Assembly (NCBI GenBank): GCA_040285855.1
Contig: JAUFOQ010000002.1
Coordinates: 682,001-746,000 of the forward strand
Direction: 5' to 3'
Length of the DNA stretch: 64,000 nucleotides
From: Eukaryota sp. GEM-RC1
Lineage: Eukaryota
In this document: piece after piece, positions 22,749 to 36,074 of the stretch
Layout: each line of letters begins with the position of its first letter
How positions within the stretch are numbered: the first letter of the stretch is position 1
Made by a program: the position numbers and the translations under genes
The notes under the pieces: model-generated
What the model was told of the DNA's origin: nothing
The model's database searches: none
Seen by the model: the letters and a program-made list of their open reading frames with translations, nothing else

Positions 22749-24426
22749 ATGCCCAACGACTTTTCTCCTTCATCCCTTTGGGATCTTGATGATGACGATG
22801 ATCACATTGACCTTGCATATATTTCTGATGTCGATATGTCAGTACTTCAAGAATCCTTACGTAGAGCTGAAGATCAAGCTGTGAACCAATTTTTGGGCTT
22901 TTTCTTCTCTAGACTCCCCTTCATTGGAAGTAGCATCACTATCATCAGAACAGATGTCTTGTCAGAAATCCTCGTCAAACTTTTTTTGACAACATGTCAT
23001 CGAACATGCCGATATCTCACCAAGCAACAGCACAGTCGGATCGTTCGCTAACGACTCCTACTACAACCGGAGATCACTTTGGAAGTGTTTCTGTTTGCTT
23101 CGATCCGAAGCCCCCAAACGATCCAACAGAACCTTTACTGTTCAACCACCTCCTGCTAAACTTATACCGATATCACCCTCAACTCTGTACTCCAGTCCCA
23201 CTACGGAATCCTCATCTTCTCCATCAAACAGATCGAGTATATTCGTATCCGATTCACATGAACAAACAAGTAAGTGTGGTACTCCGCAAGAACCCGGTGT
23301 TTCATCGTTGAAATCTGAAACGACGGATTCCAATGTCAATGATTCCCCAAAACCTTCTCAAAGTCAAAAACTAAACCCGTCCTCCTTTGAGTTTCTGATA
23401 CCCTTGGCACAGAGTGTTTTTGAGCAACAACATCAAGACATTGATCTTTTTAAAGGTCTTTGCCGACCAGCTTTTGCTACCGGGAATTCAGGAATCTTTG
23501 CCACTGGGACTCAAGACATTCGTCCTGAAAAGGCCACATCGAATCTACTCATTGTTTCTGATGTTCAAAGATCTGGTGATGGCCAATTCTTCTCTTCATT
23601 CAGACAAACCTTGCAAGTACCTGCTGCCGTTCGCGACATTCAATTCGTAGCTCCAGACAAAGCCATTGTTGCCTGTGGATCTCGTTTAGCCACCCTCAAA
23701 ATTAACTTCAAGCAAAGCACTGGAATTCCGTCCTATGATTCAGCTTCAATCCAATCCTTTTCCTTCGAGTGGTTGTCTTCAGCTCACGATGATGACATTA
23801 GAGAGATTGCTGTTGGGTCTGTTCATCAACCTACAATAGCTACGTGTGGGTTTGACTCAAAGATCAGGATCATCGACGTGGCTTCAGGAGAAACTCTCTC
23901 AACGTTCAATGCCAATGACGTAGTTGGATCGATCAGATGGCACCCTTTCAGTCCAACTTTTCTTACTGCAACTACTGATTCTGGAATGATTTATGTACTG
24001 GATACCAGGCAAACAGATTCAGTAAAGTCCTTCAATACAAGTAAGTCTGGGCTATTCACACACACTGCTCTGACTCAAGAACAACTTCTTCTGGGCTATG
24101 ATGATGGTACGATTTCCATGTTTGATTTGAGGAGTTCATCGAAACTGGTGGATTTCAAAGATCCTTCTGTTACTTGCATTGGAGATCTGCAATGGTATTG
24201 TTGTCCTTTAACTTCTAAGAACTTCCTCTCTTGTACTGGTATGGGAGGATTATCCATTTGGTCTGGGGTCAATGATCAAATGACTGTAGTTGAGACTGGT
24301 TGTGTAGAGTCTGCGGTTGGTGTTGGTGATTATTATTGTTCAAGTACTTTTGTACGGCATTTAGGAAACATGGCGTTTGCAGATTCTGAAGGTAATTTCG
24401 GATTGTTCAAATACAATCAAGATTGA
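22749..24426 (+). CDS. WD40-repeat protein with Ser/Pro-rich N-terminus (frameshifted between ~22900 and ~23090)
   Basis: AHDDDIREIA, IATCGFDSKIRIID, SIRWHP, GMIYVLDTR and LGYDDGTISMFDLR WD blades. Confidence 0.85.
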
Positions 24427-24589
24427 ATAAATTCTTTCTTCTTTAAAAATAGTCTGCTTGAATATATTTAATTGAGTGACGAAAGTTCTATGACTGAATT
24501 CAAACCTCAGTGTTCATTGTACTGAATATAACATCTCTGGCATTACTTTAAATCATTCAGTTCATTGACAAAACTCGGGGTAAAGAACT

Positions 24590-25330
24590 ATTTTTTACTA
24601 TTCAATTAATTCTAAATGTACTGTAATAGACTAAACAGCTAAAATTTGATAGCATTAAAGCAACACCTGTCGCTAACAAATCATATAACAGCTGTGTCCT
24701 CATTAAAGGAACTCACAGCTAGTAGAGCTTTGGAGATTATTAGAGGAATTTTTTCCAAAATTTTAACCACGATACGATTCATCCATAACATATGATCAAA
24801 ACGTGTGTTCATCCTATTTTTTACAATTTATCCGAAATCGTTTAACAAATTATATACACTTTTTTCCATACGGCCGTCGATTGAAACAGCCAAAGGGCAT
24901 AATTCGTACTCAACATGCTTTACATGTTTTGGAAGCCATCAATGGTTTCTTGTACTTATCCTGTTTGGCTGGTTCAGAAATGTCTAAAGGGGAAGTTTCA
25001 GAGAAAGCATTCTTTAAAAATGACATTTTACATCAACAACAAACAATTTGTCTGAAGAAGAAGGGACAACAACGTCCACTCTCCGTTTACCAAAAACTTG
25101 ATTCTGTTTTTCGTCATTACATTTATTTGATTCTAAAGATCTTACATTGTCGAAGTGGTTCAACAAATGATTCAATTTTGTAAGACTTACACATAGCTGT
25201 ATTTGGTCTCTTACAGCATCGTGCATACAGGTTCAATAAGTTATGTAGCGATTACAACTTAACAAATGAAAAAACGTTAACTGTTTTCCACAGCTACATT
25301 GAAGATCATTTGACAAATTGTATGGCCGTA
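24590..25330 (-). mobile_element. Degenerate 3' part of a CRE/R2-like non-LTR retrotransposon (Zn finger + restriction-like endonuclease)
   Basis: MHDAVRDQI...EPL...VVVPSSSDKLFVVDV; inverted near-copy of ~44780-45380. Confidence 0.8.
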
Positions 25331-25529
25331 AATAGCAACGAAGTCTCATCGTGGTGGTCCAATTTTAATTACATTATGTTTGTATTTGTGTTCTTTTTGT
25401 TTCTTCAGTGTAATTTTTATGGATATAATGAAATATATAGAAACTCAATATCATCAAAGCAAGATTCCTTAGAATCGAACCTTGTTGAAGCGTTGTCTTC
25501 GTAATACACACTGACGGATAATAAAGCTC

Positions 25530-25870
25530 TCGAAATCATTGTTTAATCTCTGGAACTAACTGGTTTTTTGAAATGAGTTCAAAAACTTTCAAATGATTTT
25601 GGATTCCAAGAGCATTATTACTGAGATCGTCTCTTTTTAAAGAAGAATTGCTCTGAATTGCTCGAATAAGCAAAACTGCTTTTAGAATTGTAAAGACAAT
25701 TCTGTTCTGCCAAAAAGAGCGGTCAAATATTTTGTTAGTTCTACGAGCAACAACCTTTGCAAAATGATCTAAGAACTTCAGGGCGAATTTACCCAAACGA
25801 CTATACATAGAAATCGCAAATGGGACAAGTGATATTGTGTTTGTGTTCTTTACAAACGTATTAGATAAAA
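25530..25870 (-). mobile_element. Non-LTR retrotransposon RLE C-terminal fragment
   Basis: LVPFAISMYSRLGKFALKFL...FWQNRIVFTILKA, homologous to 46663..47058. Confidence 0.7.
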
Positions 25871-25994
25871 TGGTCTTAAATAGAGCTCTATAACTGTCTT
25901 CCAATACAGTTTACACAGTTTTTTCCAAAAAAAAGAGGAAGATTTACAAAAACAAGTTACCAAATCTACGAAAAGTGATTCAGTAGATAAAACA

Positions 25995-26065
25995 TAGGGT
26001 TGTACAAAATACGTCACGCACTGCTCCGTGACGTCACCGTGACGGTGAAGTCGGGTGCAACCCTA
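25995..26065. mobile_element. 71-bp hAT-type micro-MITE just upstream of NDC80
   Basis: TIRs TAGGGTTGTAC / GTGCAACCCTA; 8-bp flanks ATAAAACA / GTAAAACA; palindromic interior. Confidence 0.8.
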
Positions 26066-26137
26066 GTAAAACATTTTAAACTGGGTTTGCTCACTAAAAA
26101 AAATTCTCCCTGCACTTTTTCCAAAACACTTATCTCC

Positions 26138-27855
26138 ATGAGAACTCCTTCTGCCAGGAGGAAAACCCTTGGTGGTGGAGCCAGAAGATCATCTGCGGTT
26201 CCATCCAGGAAGTCTTCAATGGCACCTCAAGCTATCCGAACTTCAATGCCTAGACAATCATTTGCTGGACCTCCGTCACGACCATCTATGGCTCCTCGTA
26301 GTTCAATGAGACAGTCTCTCAAGGGACCTTCCAATATGAAAACTTGTTGGAGTACTGTCTTCTCCTTTTTAAGAGACCAACAACCTAGCTTCTCGATCCC
26401 TTCTCTTGATGGTACAAGTCCTCCTCCTGAAACCCTGCTCTACCAGATCGCTACTGAAATAGTTCAGTTCATCTCCCCTGATACCGTTTTCACCAAACAA
26501 AACTTCTCCAAAGACTTCTCAAATCTCCTCAAGTTCCTCAACTACATGGAGAAGATCCCTGCCTCATCCCTCTCCTCCCCCACAGCTCCTCACACGTGGC
26601 AAAGAGTTCTCCCAGCCCTTGCTTGGATCGTTTCTCTAGTCAGAGCCACTACTGATGACGTGGCATCTAACCACTTATTCACTGGAGATCGAGCTGAAGA
26701 GAAAGACTTTCTTGAAAAACTCTCCCATTCTTACAGCCTTTGGTTAACAGAGGACGATGAGTTTGATGCTGATTTGATACAGACCTTGGAGGATACTTTT
26801 ACTAAGAGGAACGATACCTTAAAAAGCGAGATTTCAAGTACTAAACGTAATATTTCTGAATGTGAATCAAGAATTAAAATATTTCATTCTAGTGGTTCAA
26901 AACTTTTCCAGACAAAAGCAGCCCAAAAGACTTTGAAATCTGATTTGTCTAAGATATCTGAGGCCGTTTCTCAATTTGGAAAGAAGAAGAAAGATTTGAA
27001 AGATAAACTTGCTGCTCTAAAATCAACTGTGGAAGAACTGCAATCAAATCATCGTCGATTGATTGAAACTCGTGATTCCTTAGAGGTCAGGGTTGAAAAT
27101 CAAGAGCAATCAAAATCTGAAATAATTCAATTATTATCAGTAAAAGAAAAACGAAATGAAACTTTAATGAAGCTACAACACGAGCTAGAAAGTGTTCAAA
27201 AGTCTTTTGGGAAGCTGAAGTTGATGTTACGAAACAGATGGAAACTGTTGAATTGCTATTCAATACCTTTAGTCACATTACCGCTGAATTGAAACTCGAA
27301 TGCCCTCTTCGATTGTTTTTGACCCAATCAACCTCTGAAAACGTGATCTCTGGGTCATTAGAGGAAACTAATGAGCTCATTAATGATCGATTGACTAAAG
27401 ATGATAGAGAACTTCAAGAGCTTTCAGCCAAGGAACTTGCTTGTTACGACAGACTCAACAAGGCTCGCTATGCTTTAGAGGAAAAGAAGAATCATTTAAG
27501 TGGGTTGGAAGGTAGGACTCAACAGTTGGAAAAGAACTTGTTTGAATTGGAAACAAAAGATTGATGAAGCTGAAGAGAAAGATATTCAAGAAATTTCGAC
27601 CCTGGAACAGGATCTTCGAGTGCTTTCTTTGGATGATTCTGACCGAGTCTTGGAGAATCTTCGTGAAAATAGAGAGAATTTAGATTCTCAAATACTGTCA
27701 GTTGAACAGCAAATGTCAGAGGAAAAGATAAGTGTACTCAAATGTTGGTTTCTATTACTTGTGAGTTGATCAGACATAAGGAAGTTGTGGGAACTTCTTT
27801 AGATCATTCACTAGCTTTTTGTCAAGAAATTTCAAGGAGTTTATTTAAAACATGA
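26138..27855 (+). CDS. NDC80: Kinetochore protein Ndc80/HEC1; three homopolymer frameshifts
   Basis: Basic R/S-rich N-terminal tail, CH-domain end LKFLNY...SSPTAPHTWQRVLPALAWIV, FLEKLSHSYSLWL, long coiled coil. Confidence 0.88.
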
Positions 27856-29325
27856 TTGAAATAGTGATAAATATTGAAGTTGTATAAATATGTGTTCTGT
27901 TGGTTATAGTATCCTTCTTAAGAAATTACTGGCACTTTTGTGTCTCTCCGATGCACTTATTGGAGCCCTACAATCTACGTCTGTGGACACACTGCTTTGT
28001 ATCACGATCTCACTTAGAACAATTGTTCTAATAGTCATGCTGATTCCATTTTGGCCAAGTTGCTCAGTGGTAACTACTTGTAGGAATTGGGTGGTTCGTT
28101 ACTACAACGTTTATTAGACTTCTTTAGATTTTATGTATCTTTAAGAGATAATACATGCTTTTTGTAAATACAACATTCATACTTGTTGTTCTCGTCTCTT
28201 GACTAAAATCAGCTACACTGTTATAACATACTTTTGTTGAATTAAATCGGTGTAGAAAAAACTGCGTTTAAATTCCACATTTCAAGCACATAGCTCTTTG
28301 ATGAATTCGTTTACAAGAGGAGTCTGTCATCCATAATTAACACAGTAGTAGTCAACAATCCAAAGACAAGTAATCTCACCAGTACTGCTGAAGAGTCACC
28401 ACAGACAGTGTTTCAGTATTACAGCACATTATCAATCTGATAATGACCAGTTTTCTCGAGACAAAAACTGTGCAATTAGAAGCAGTTGTTACTGGCACGT
28501 GTATGCTTGTGTTTTGTGCAATTATGGAGGTACAACTGTAGTTATACGGAACATACACTTATTACAATGACTCGAAAACTTGACGGACACATAGAGAAGG
28601 CTATACGATAGCCTAACACGATGTTTCACTCATAATATACATTGCTTTTTTTTATCTATAAAGATGATTTTATGTTGATCCTTAAAGTTCAGATACGAAA
28701 TTCAAATTCTGTCACACGTATAAGAAATCTAAAATTTCAAATTCAAATTCTGTCACACGTATAGCCAATCTCCGTAGAGAAGGTAGGAATTAATTTGGTT
28801 CTAGAAAACACATGTATTGGAACAATGAAGTTGCGCAATTGCCACTACAATTGTATATAGTCAATACAATAGACTCCGGTCTTAGGGAAGTGGACCTTCT
28901 TGATGTAACTATGACCGACAGTTTTCAAATTTAAAGCCACAGTCGTCTGATCAACAACTTGATGATAGATGAATGTTTTAGTGTTTCCATTGGTTAATCT
29001 TATTACGATCGACAATGCTACCATAAAGACTACTGATTCCCTTTGTATAGGCTCAAATTCAATGTTGCGGTACTCATCATAAATATCCTTTCATTATACA
29101 AAAGAGAGATTAATAGTAAGGGGTATGCTTGTATTGTTTTTAAGGTTGCTTGTATTAGGACCTCGACGATATTCAAGTTAGGTTCCTCCATTGTATATTT
29201 TTATAGTAGCGTATCGTAGAATTGGACTTTTTACTTTAGTTTTTTACTTCCTACATAAATCATAGTAGGCATTCTCTTATTCAAGCATCAATACGTATTG
29301 GGTTTTGTAAATAGCCTACTTCGAT

Positions 29326-31990
29326 ATGTTCAACTCCCGTACCACTCCTTCTAGATTACAAACCTCAAGGTCTTCTGGTTCCGCCCAGAGTTATGCTTCC
29401 GCCTATGGTTCCGCCCTTAGCCTCACGACCACCGCTGTCTCCGTTCCGCCTTCGCTCACTTGTCTAACGCCAGGTGCTGTTTTTCTGTGGAAAATCTCTG
29501 TCTTCCTTCGAGATTTTCCCGATCCATCTGAGCTCCCTACCGAGCGCCCTGCTGTTGGTTCTCCTAATATGAGCTCTAAAGTCGATGTACTGAAGAGCAC
29601 CCAACTAGATGAACATGCTGCTACGGAAATACTTTCCTTAGCCAAGGCAGTATTCAAAACATTGATGCCTAAAGATTCGGAAGCCTGGAACGCTGTATTA
29701 GAAAACCGCCGCCAGGAACCTTCGTACTGCCTCTCGAGGGAAAAATTTCCGATGAGCAAAGACTCATCGATGCTCTTAACGAATGTGAGGTAGTTGCTGC
29801 AGGTATAGATGGTAGTGATGCCGATTCTTCTGCAGTAATAGGTCGAACAAAATATTCTTCTGTTTCTTCGTCTTCCCTCCAACGATTTCCTCAAGCAAGA
29901 AGTCAAAATAAATAACATGCCATTTATGGCTACACTTGACTCTGCTTGTCAAACTTCATGTTTTTCCAGTGGCATTGCTGAAGCCACTAGTTGCCGTATT
30001 TCACCATCGAATCTCTCGTTTACCATGGCTGATGGTATAAAGGTACCTTCTCAAGGTAATGCTGCTTGTATGCTTACCTTCTGTTTCGATCGCCTCATTG
30101 CTCCTCAGGTTCATCTTAAAACCACGATTCCGGTTATACCAGGTAAGAAACAGTTTCTTATTGGGTGTGATATCCTAAAGAAATTAGGCCTTCTGTACAG
30201 TAATAGCCTACTCATTAGACTAGACAAGGAACACAAAAAGATCCTTGAGGATGTGTCTTGCCTCGATCACCTCATCACTCAACCGTTCTCCTCACCAACA
30301 AAGATTCTGAACGAAACCGATCCCCCTTCAAACCCTATAACTTTGTCATCAACTCACTTTCCAGTGAAGAACTGGTTCTTTGCCGCATAGAACTACCAAC
30401 TGACCTCGCTGATCAACTAAAGGCTCTTATGAACTCAATTCTCTTGTATTTATGGCCAACCCCACCCCGAGGGAATCACTTGCCCTGAAATGCCCATCCC
30501 TTTCTATGACGAATCAGCTTACCTGCCCGCTACCTCAATCCCGAAAAGTTACGCATAGTTAACGAGCAATTTGACGAACTTATAAACTTTATAAGTTCGT
30601 CAAATTGCTATATATAATATAAAGGATGGCTTCGCAGAAAAAAGCCCCCATGATTGTCCTTTCGCATCTCCTATCGTGATCATCCTTTATCCTGATGGCA
30701 AACGCCCTAGACTCACAGGCGACCACTCTGGCTCACCTGGGATAAACTCCGTGACGAAACCACTACAAGCAAACTTGCCAAGAAATACCGATTGTATCCA
30801 TGTGTCTCTCAAAAGCTCAGTTTATTGCAACGCTGGATTTGCCAAAGGCTTTCTGGCAACTCAAACTCAGAGAACAGGACTGGATGAAAACCACCTTGGC
30901 TATACCTGGTCGCAAAATTTTCTTTAAACGTGCTGCCTTTGGCCTAAACAACGTCCCTTCGTTCTTTCAGAACGTAATGAACGAGATACTTAAATTGGAA
31001 AATGTCTTCATCTACTTAGACGATGTGATTGTCACAGCCAACACTCCTGAATATTTTCTTAAAACCCTCCAAGAAATCTTCTTTCGTGCTAAGCCTCATC
31101 GTCTTTGTTTCGGTTTAAAGAAGTGTTCCTTTATTTCTAGCGATCGTCCTATTAGAATTCTCGGAGCAATCTTCGAGAACGGTAAACGCTCTATTGATCC
31201 TACCTGCATTGCTGCAATCCTCGAACTGCCTCTCCCCACATCGATTGGCGATCTGCGCTCTTTCATTGGATCCATAAATTATCTCCGTGATTGGATCCCG
31301 GGCCTCTCTACCCTTCTCGCTCAGTTTACTGCTTTCACCAAGAAGGACCCCCACGACAGCAGAACAGTGAAAGCCAAATGGACAACTCTGCACACTAAAT
31401 CCTTCATCCGAATCAAAGAGTAGATCTGCCAGTCAACCACCTTAGCCCTCCCTGATCCCGAAGCAAAAATTATCATCTCAACTGATGCATCAGATACTGC
31501 CATAGCAGGTGTTGTGTGGAAACAATTGGATAATACTCCAACTACTGCTCCTTTTGCTGTTCAGAAACTCGAACCGATCTCGTTTTACTCCAAACTCTTG
31601 TCTCCAAGCCAGCGAAATTGGCCAATCATTCTAAAAAGACCTTTTTGCTCTTATCTGGACACTTAATCAACCCGCTTCTTCTTACTTGCTCTTTTTCTTA
31701 CTATCTTCTGTGATCATAAGAATTTAGTGTTTCTTCTTAACCAACCAGAAAAATCTAGGATTGTTACTCGATGGATGACTCTCCTCAGTAACTTTAACTT
31801 TGAACTTATTCACGTAGAAGGTAAAAATTTTTATTCGCCGACCTACTTTTACGTCTTACCCCTGCTCACCCAGACCTCAAACTTATTCCTAATGCTCCAT
31901 TCCCAGACTCTGATGATTCCTCCCCTTACAAATCTGAAACTTCTGACTCTTACTCAGTCACAATAATTCCAGACGACTTGCAGATAAGCC
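29326..31990 (+). mobile_element. Degenerate Ty3/gypsy-like LTR retrotransposon internal region (gag remnant, protease, RT, RNase H)
   Basis: Protease ATLDSACQTS...LIGCDIL; RT LDLPKAFWQL, FGLNNVPSFFQ, IYLDDV, LRSFIGSINY; RNase H STDASDTAIAGV, CDHKNL, RWMTLLSNFNFELIHVEGK. Multiple stops and frameshifts; no integrase seen. Confidence 0.92.
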
Positions 31991-32039
31991 CAACCTTCTC
32001 GATAACTGCTGACAACTCAGAAACTCATCCATGGCTAAA

Positions 32040-32290
32040 TAAATTAAGAACCGCTCAACAACTCGAAATGCCTAATGACGGAGTTTTTAAATTTATTTGA
32101 AAATTTGTGTTCAGAATTTGCCAAGAAGTTTAACAGATCGTACTGGGAGAGTAAATTTGCCTTTTCGATTTTTAGGTCAATGTATAGATATGTTGATTCC
32201 ATTTTGTCCAAGTTGTTTGGAGGCAACTACTTTTCGGAATTAGGTAGTTCGTTTGGTAATTCGTTTTCATAGTGTTTATTTATTTGTTGT
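32040..32290 (+). mobile_element. Non-LTR RLE 3' fragment
   Basis: FAKKFNRSYWESKFAFSIFRS parallels the FW..RIVF.IF motif of the other copies. Confidence 0.6.
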
Positions 32291-32329
32291 TTTCTTACTA
32301 TGTGTTTTTCTCCGCACATAAATCCATTT

Positions 32330-32820
32330 TTGTTTCATTTTTCTTACATTGCTGATGTACAATATCTTTCGGGAGAGGAACCTCAATCTCAACCTGAAGC
32401 TGAGCTCCAACCTGAACCCCAACCTGAAGCTCGCACTACTTCTCGAAAATTGGTTCTGTAGCAAGACAAGATGTTCTTTATGTCTCCCTAAAATTATCAA
32501 TTAAAATCTGACGAAATTACTAGATATCTTGCGGAAGAAATAATCGGACAAAGATCCATGGGAGTGGTGGTGCTCATCTAAAAATCGTTTTCCGTGGGCT
32601 TTCCAAAATTTCAAGGCACTTTCTTGCAATTCAAGCCACAAAAATTCAAGCTACGTAAATACAATATATACTGAAGTCATCATGGTTCTGGTTTGGTTCT
32701 GGCTTTTGCACTTGGAACCAAACCAGAACCAAAACCATGATGGTTCCGGATTTTAGAACCAAACCAAACCAAACCAATCCATTGGTTTAACCAGAACCAT
32801 TGGTTTTTTTGCCTTCCCTA
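32330..32820 (+). mobile_element. hAT transposon 3' remnant (dimerisation domain, AACCA-type subterminal repeats, terminus ...TTTGCCTTCCCTA)
   Basis: Frameshifted RYLAEE..EWWCSSKNRFP.LSKISRHFLAIQAT at ~32520-32640; GGTTC/AACCA repeats at 32684-32800. Confidence 0.75.
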
Positions 32821-34140
32821 GCAGGGAACATAGAATCCCACATTCTGGGAGAGAAAGATGATACCAAACCTTTAGCAGATTGAATGCAACGACAATTACT
32901 GGAATTCAACAGAGTAATTCCATCCATGGGAAATCGTTTCAAAAATTAAAAACAAAGAACTCTTGACACCTGCTAAAAGACCAGAATCTCTGATGATTTT
33001 TGGGTTGAAACCGACCCCTGCGAATGAATATGAATGAAAAGCATGAAAAGGTATCTTAGTCTCATCAATTTCAGCCAAGTGTTACCTTCAGCACAACGGG
33101 AAAGGGAAAGATGTTTATAAACGAATTATACTGACTACGTAACTATACTTATGCCTTTGGCTAACACAAGTTGAAAAGAAAGTTTGATCTAATAGAATTA
33201 AACTTCTTGGCAAATGTTTTAGTTAGAGTTGGGCAAAACTTGACTTGGCCTAGACTTGGACTTGAAATTTTTTCCACTTGAACTTGGACTTGACTTGGGA
33301 TCCTAAAATCCAAGTCAACTTGGACTTGAACTTGACTTGGACTCGAGTCGAACTTGAATTGGACTTGAAAAACACAGAATGGAGCAGAACATTCAGTCTG
33401 TAAAGTAAATTGTACTAGAACACATACAGTCAACCCTGTCTATAGCGTAAAACTCTTTATAGCGTAAAACTCTTTATAGCGTTATTTTTTTCACCCACAC
33501 GACATTTTTTCCAGAACGACAATCTGTTTGTCTCTGTTACGAGTGTAGTATGAAGTGATAAAGTACCTCTAGCTAAACATTCCATTCTGTTCATCATATC
33601 CAACAACTTGATGATGCTTTGACAGCCATTGTCTCACATCATTGTTCTGTTGTAGTTTCTCATCTTCCTTCAAGGTCTACATCGCCTTACGAAGCAACCC
33701 CAGTTCACACACATAGAAAACATTCTTCAACATCTACATTTCTCTAAATATAGACATCTTTTGTGAATAGAGTCAACAGAGTAAAGATATAACGTCGAAG
33801 GCGCACCATCCTCAAAACGAAGGTGTTTAGATCTATCACCTCTCAAACTTGAAAGACTTCTTCCCTTGTATCACCATCACCTCTCTGCTGAACCAATACT
33901 ATAACCTTAAGATACGAAGACGAAGAGTTTATCGTGTTGTAAGAATTGTATCACTTATTATTGAGGTATTGGTATCTCATTTGTCAATATTGATGATAGT
34001 TTGTATTTGTATGAGTGAATAAAAGGCGTTTTTTATATTACTTGTACAACTAAACTAAAATAACATCAACAGATTTGAGATGAAATATGACATTGTGAAA
34101 GTCACAATTCTACTGTTCCATTTCATTCTTCTGTTCTCAT

Positions 34141-34623
34141 CAGTGGTCGAAAATTTTCCACCCGGACGCCACCCAGGTGGTGGGTGGAACCGGGTGGCGT
34201 CCGGGTGAGTTTTCATTTCCACCCGGGTGGTCACCGGGTGGCATTAAAGAACGAGACATAAGTTTTGGTGCAAAAACTACTTTATACACCATATACGATG
34301 AAACTTAAAGTACTTTAGCAGTGTGTGATATAAAATAACTAACAATGAAGAACTTTGTACAGGGTTGGGATTAAAACAACCCTCTGAAAAATAAATAAAT
34401 AAGATGATATTAGCCTATCCGAGCCTAGAAATAACTCCCGTTAAAATAATTGTATTCAGGACACGTTGAACATCGAAGTATGTATTCAGGAAGTCATGGA
34501 TTGAAGATGATGGTATGACCAAAATTATCCACCCAGTACCACCCAGACGCCACCCGGGTGGTGGGTGGAACCGAGTGCCACCCGGGTGGTTTTCATTTCC
34601 ACCCGGGTGGTTTTCAAACACTG
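34141..34623. mobile_element. 483-bp hAT MITE nested in the previous element
   Basis: TIRs CAGTGGTCGAAAA / TTTTCAAACACTG; CCACCCGGGTGG repeats; TSD GTTCTCAT (34133-34140, 34624-34631). Confidence 0.95.
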
Positions 34624-34699
34624 GTTCTCATCAATGCTACGGGTTTTGTTGCGAAATTTGTTGCACAGAATCTTATGGGATGTTTAGAAGTGGTGAACC

Positions 34700-35000
34700 T
34701 ACAATTCCGTAATCCAATACGTACTCTAAAACGTTCTGCTCGTTCCAGTACTAGATTTATTCTTGAAATACACTCTTCGAAGTGTTGCCTACAACAATCA
34801 TGTCATCTGTATAATTAAGTGAATATTTACATCATAATGTTTTGAAAAATGGCTGGTACATTCTTCAATTCAACACATGCTCGTTTGAAGCTAATAGACA
34901 TTCCAGGTATAGACACAGTGGTCTTCTCGACATCTTCTTCAGCTACACTTAGCTGCCAGAATGCTTTAGGAAGGTCAAGTGTTCCAATGAAATGTTGGTC
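34700..35000 (-). pseudogene. Gypsy RT fragment inside the hAT element
   Basis: FIGTLDLPKAFWQLSVAEEDVEKTTVSIPGMSISFKRA..LKNVPAIFQNIM, paralogous to ~30820-30980. Confidence 0.85.
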
Positions 35001-36016
35001 TTAGGTACCATGATTTTGTTTGATCTATTACATTTATAATAAAGGAATATATTTTTAAAAAAAACCATGATGTAAGATAAAAGCAAATTTATAAGAATAT
35101 AAACAAGGTTAATAAGCCATTACACTAACAGAAACTAGCTTTCGAAAGGAACTCTATAACATCACAGACACGTGGCACAAAGAGTGCCAAGCCGACTTGA
35201 CTTGGACTTGACTTGGGATCCGAAAATCCAAGTTGACTTGGACTTGGACTCGAGTCAACTTGAACTTCGACTCAAGTCAAGTCGGAGTCAAGTCGAAACT
35301 TGGAGACTCAAGTCAAGTTTTGCCCAACTCTAGTTTTAGTAAGGGAATAGTCTATTGAACGTAAAAAATCATTACTTTTCCCGGCAAAACAGATCTGGAA
35401 CATTGCAAAAGAAACATGTTTGCTCACATCTAATGATAATATTTTATTTAATTTTGCTTCAATGATAGTCAATGAACCCACAAATTCTGAATGAATTTTC
35501 TCAAAATTTCCCAAAAAGTGCCAAGAAAACGAAAGCAATGAGTATAATAATAGATGACAGGATTATTACAAAAACCCAAATTTGCAAGATTCGAAGACTT
35601 AAAAACAAGAACACCCTTATCAAAATTAATTGTTAAACCAATACTCAAAGAAGGTTCAATGAAACGTGAAAACCTATGTTTGAGAAAGTCAACTGGAGCG
35701 ATCAGCGAAGAATCATCAGCATAATCACAATTTTTTACAGTTGGAAATTCCAATTATGAAATTCTAAATAATTTTTGTAGCGCAAGAAAAAACAAAAATG
35801 AACCTAAAGGATCACCCTGCTTAAAAAAAATAAATTCCACGCTTTACAATATAAATCATAAATATAAGGAATCAACTGAGGAAAAAATTCAGAAAGTTCG
35901 TCAAATATTGTTGATCTTAAAACACAATTAAATGCATTTTTAAAACCAATGTTTAAATGGCATTTTGTTCACTTGAATGAAAAAGAAAATCCGAGGATAA
36001 AGCAGCACACGTAGTA

Positions 36017-36074
36017 CAGTCTACCCTCTATATAGTGACTGCCGTTGGGGTGTCACTATTCAGAGGGTGGACTG
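36017..36074. mobile_element. 58-bp Tc1/mariner-pogo-type micro-MITE
   Basis: CAGTCTACCCTCTATATAGTGAC / GTCACTATTCAGAGGGTGGACTG inverted repeats, TA on both sides; a related solo end lies near 33428. Confidence 0.8.

Larger units (their letters stand above)
33224..35332. mobile_element. 2.1-kb non-autonomous hAT element with GACTTG subterminal repeats and captured fragments
   Basis: TIR TAGAGTTGGGCAAAACTTGACTTG at both ends; 8-bp TSD GTTTTAGT (33216-33223, 35333-35340). Confidence 0.95.

Noticed and set aside
16978..27855. Stop-codon reassignment or pseudogenisation of PRP6 and NDC80
   Set aside because: Homology continues in a different frame at each break rather than through the stop, and intact genes end in TAA or TGA normally.
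27890..28620. Short ORFs 27890..28117 and 28376..28558 as genes
   Set aside because: Short, non-ATG or motif-free, and next to TE debris; cannot be supported.
28698..29320. 5' LTR and primer-binding site of the gypsy element (25-bp direct repeat at 28698 and 28739 containing TGTCACAC)
   Set aside because: No second LTR copy in the window and no clear tRNA-complementary PBS, so the boundaries cannot be supported.
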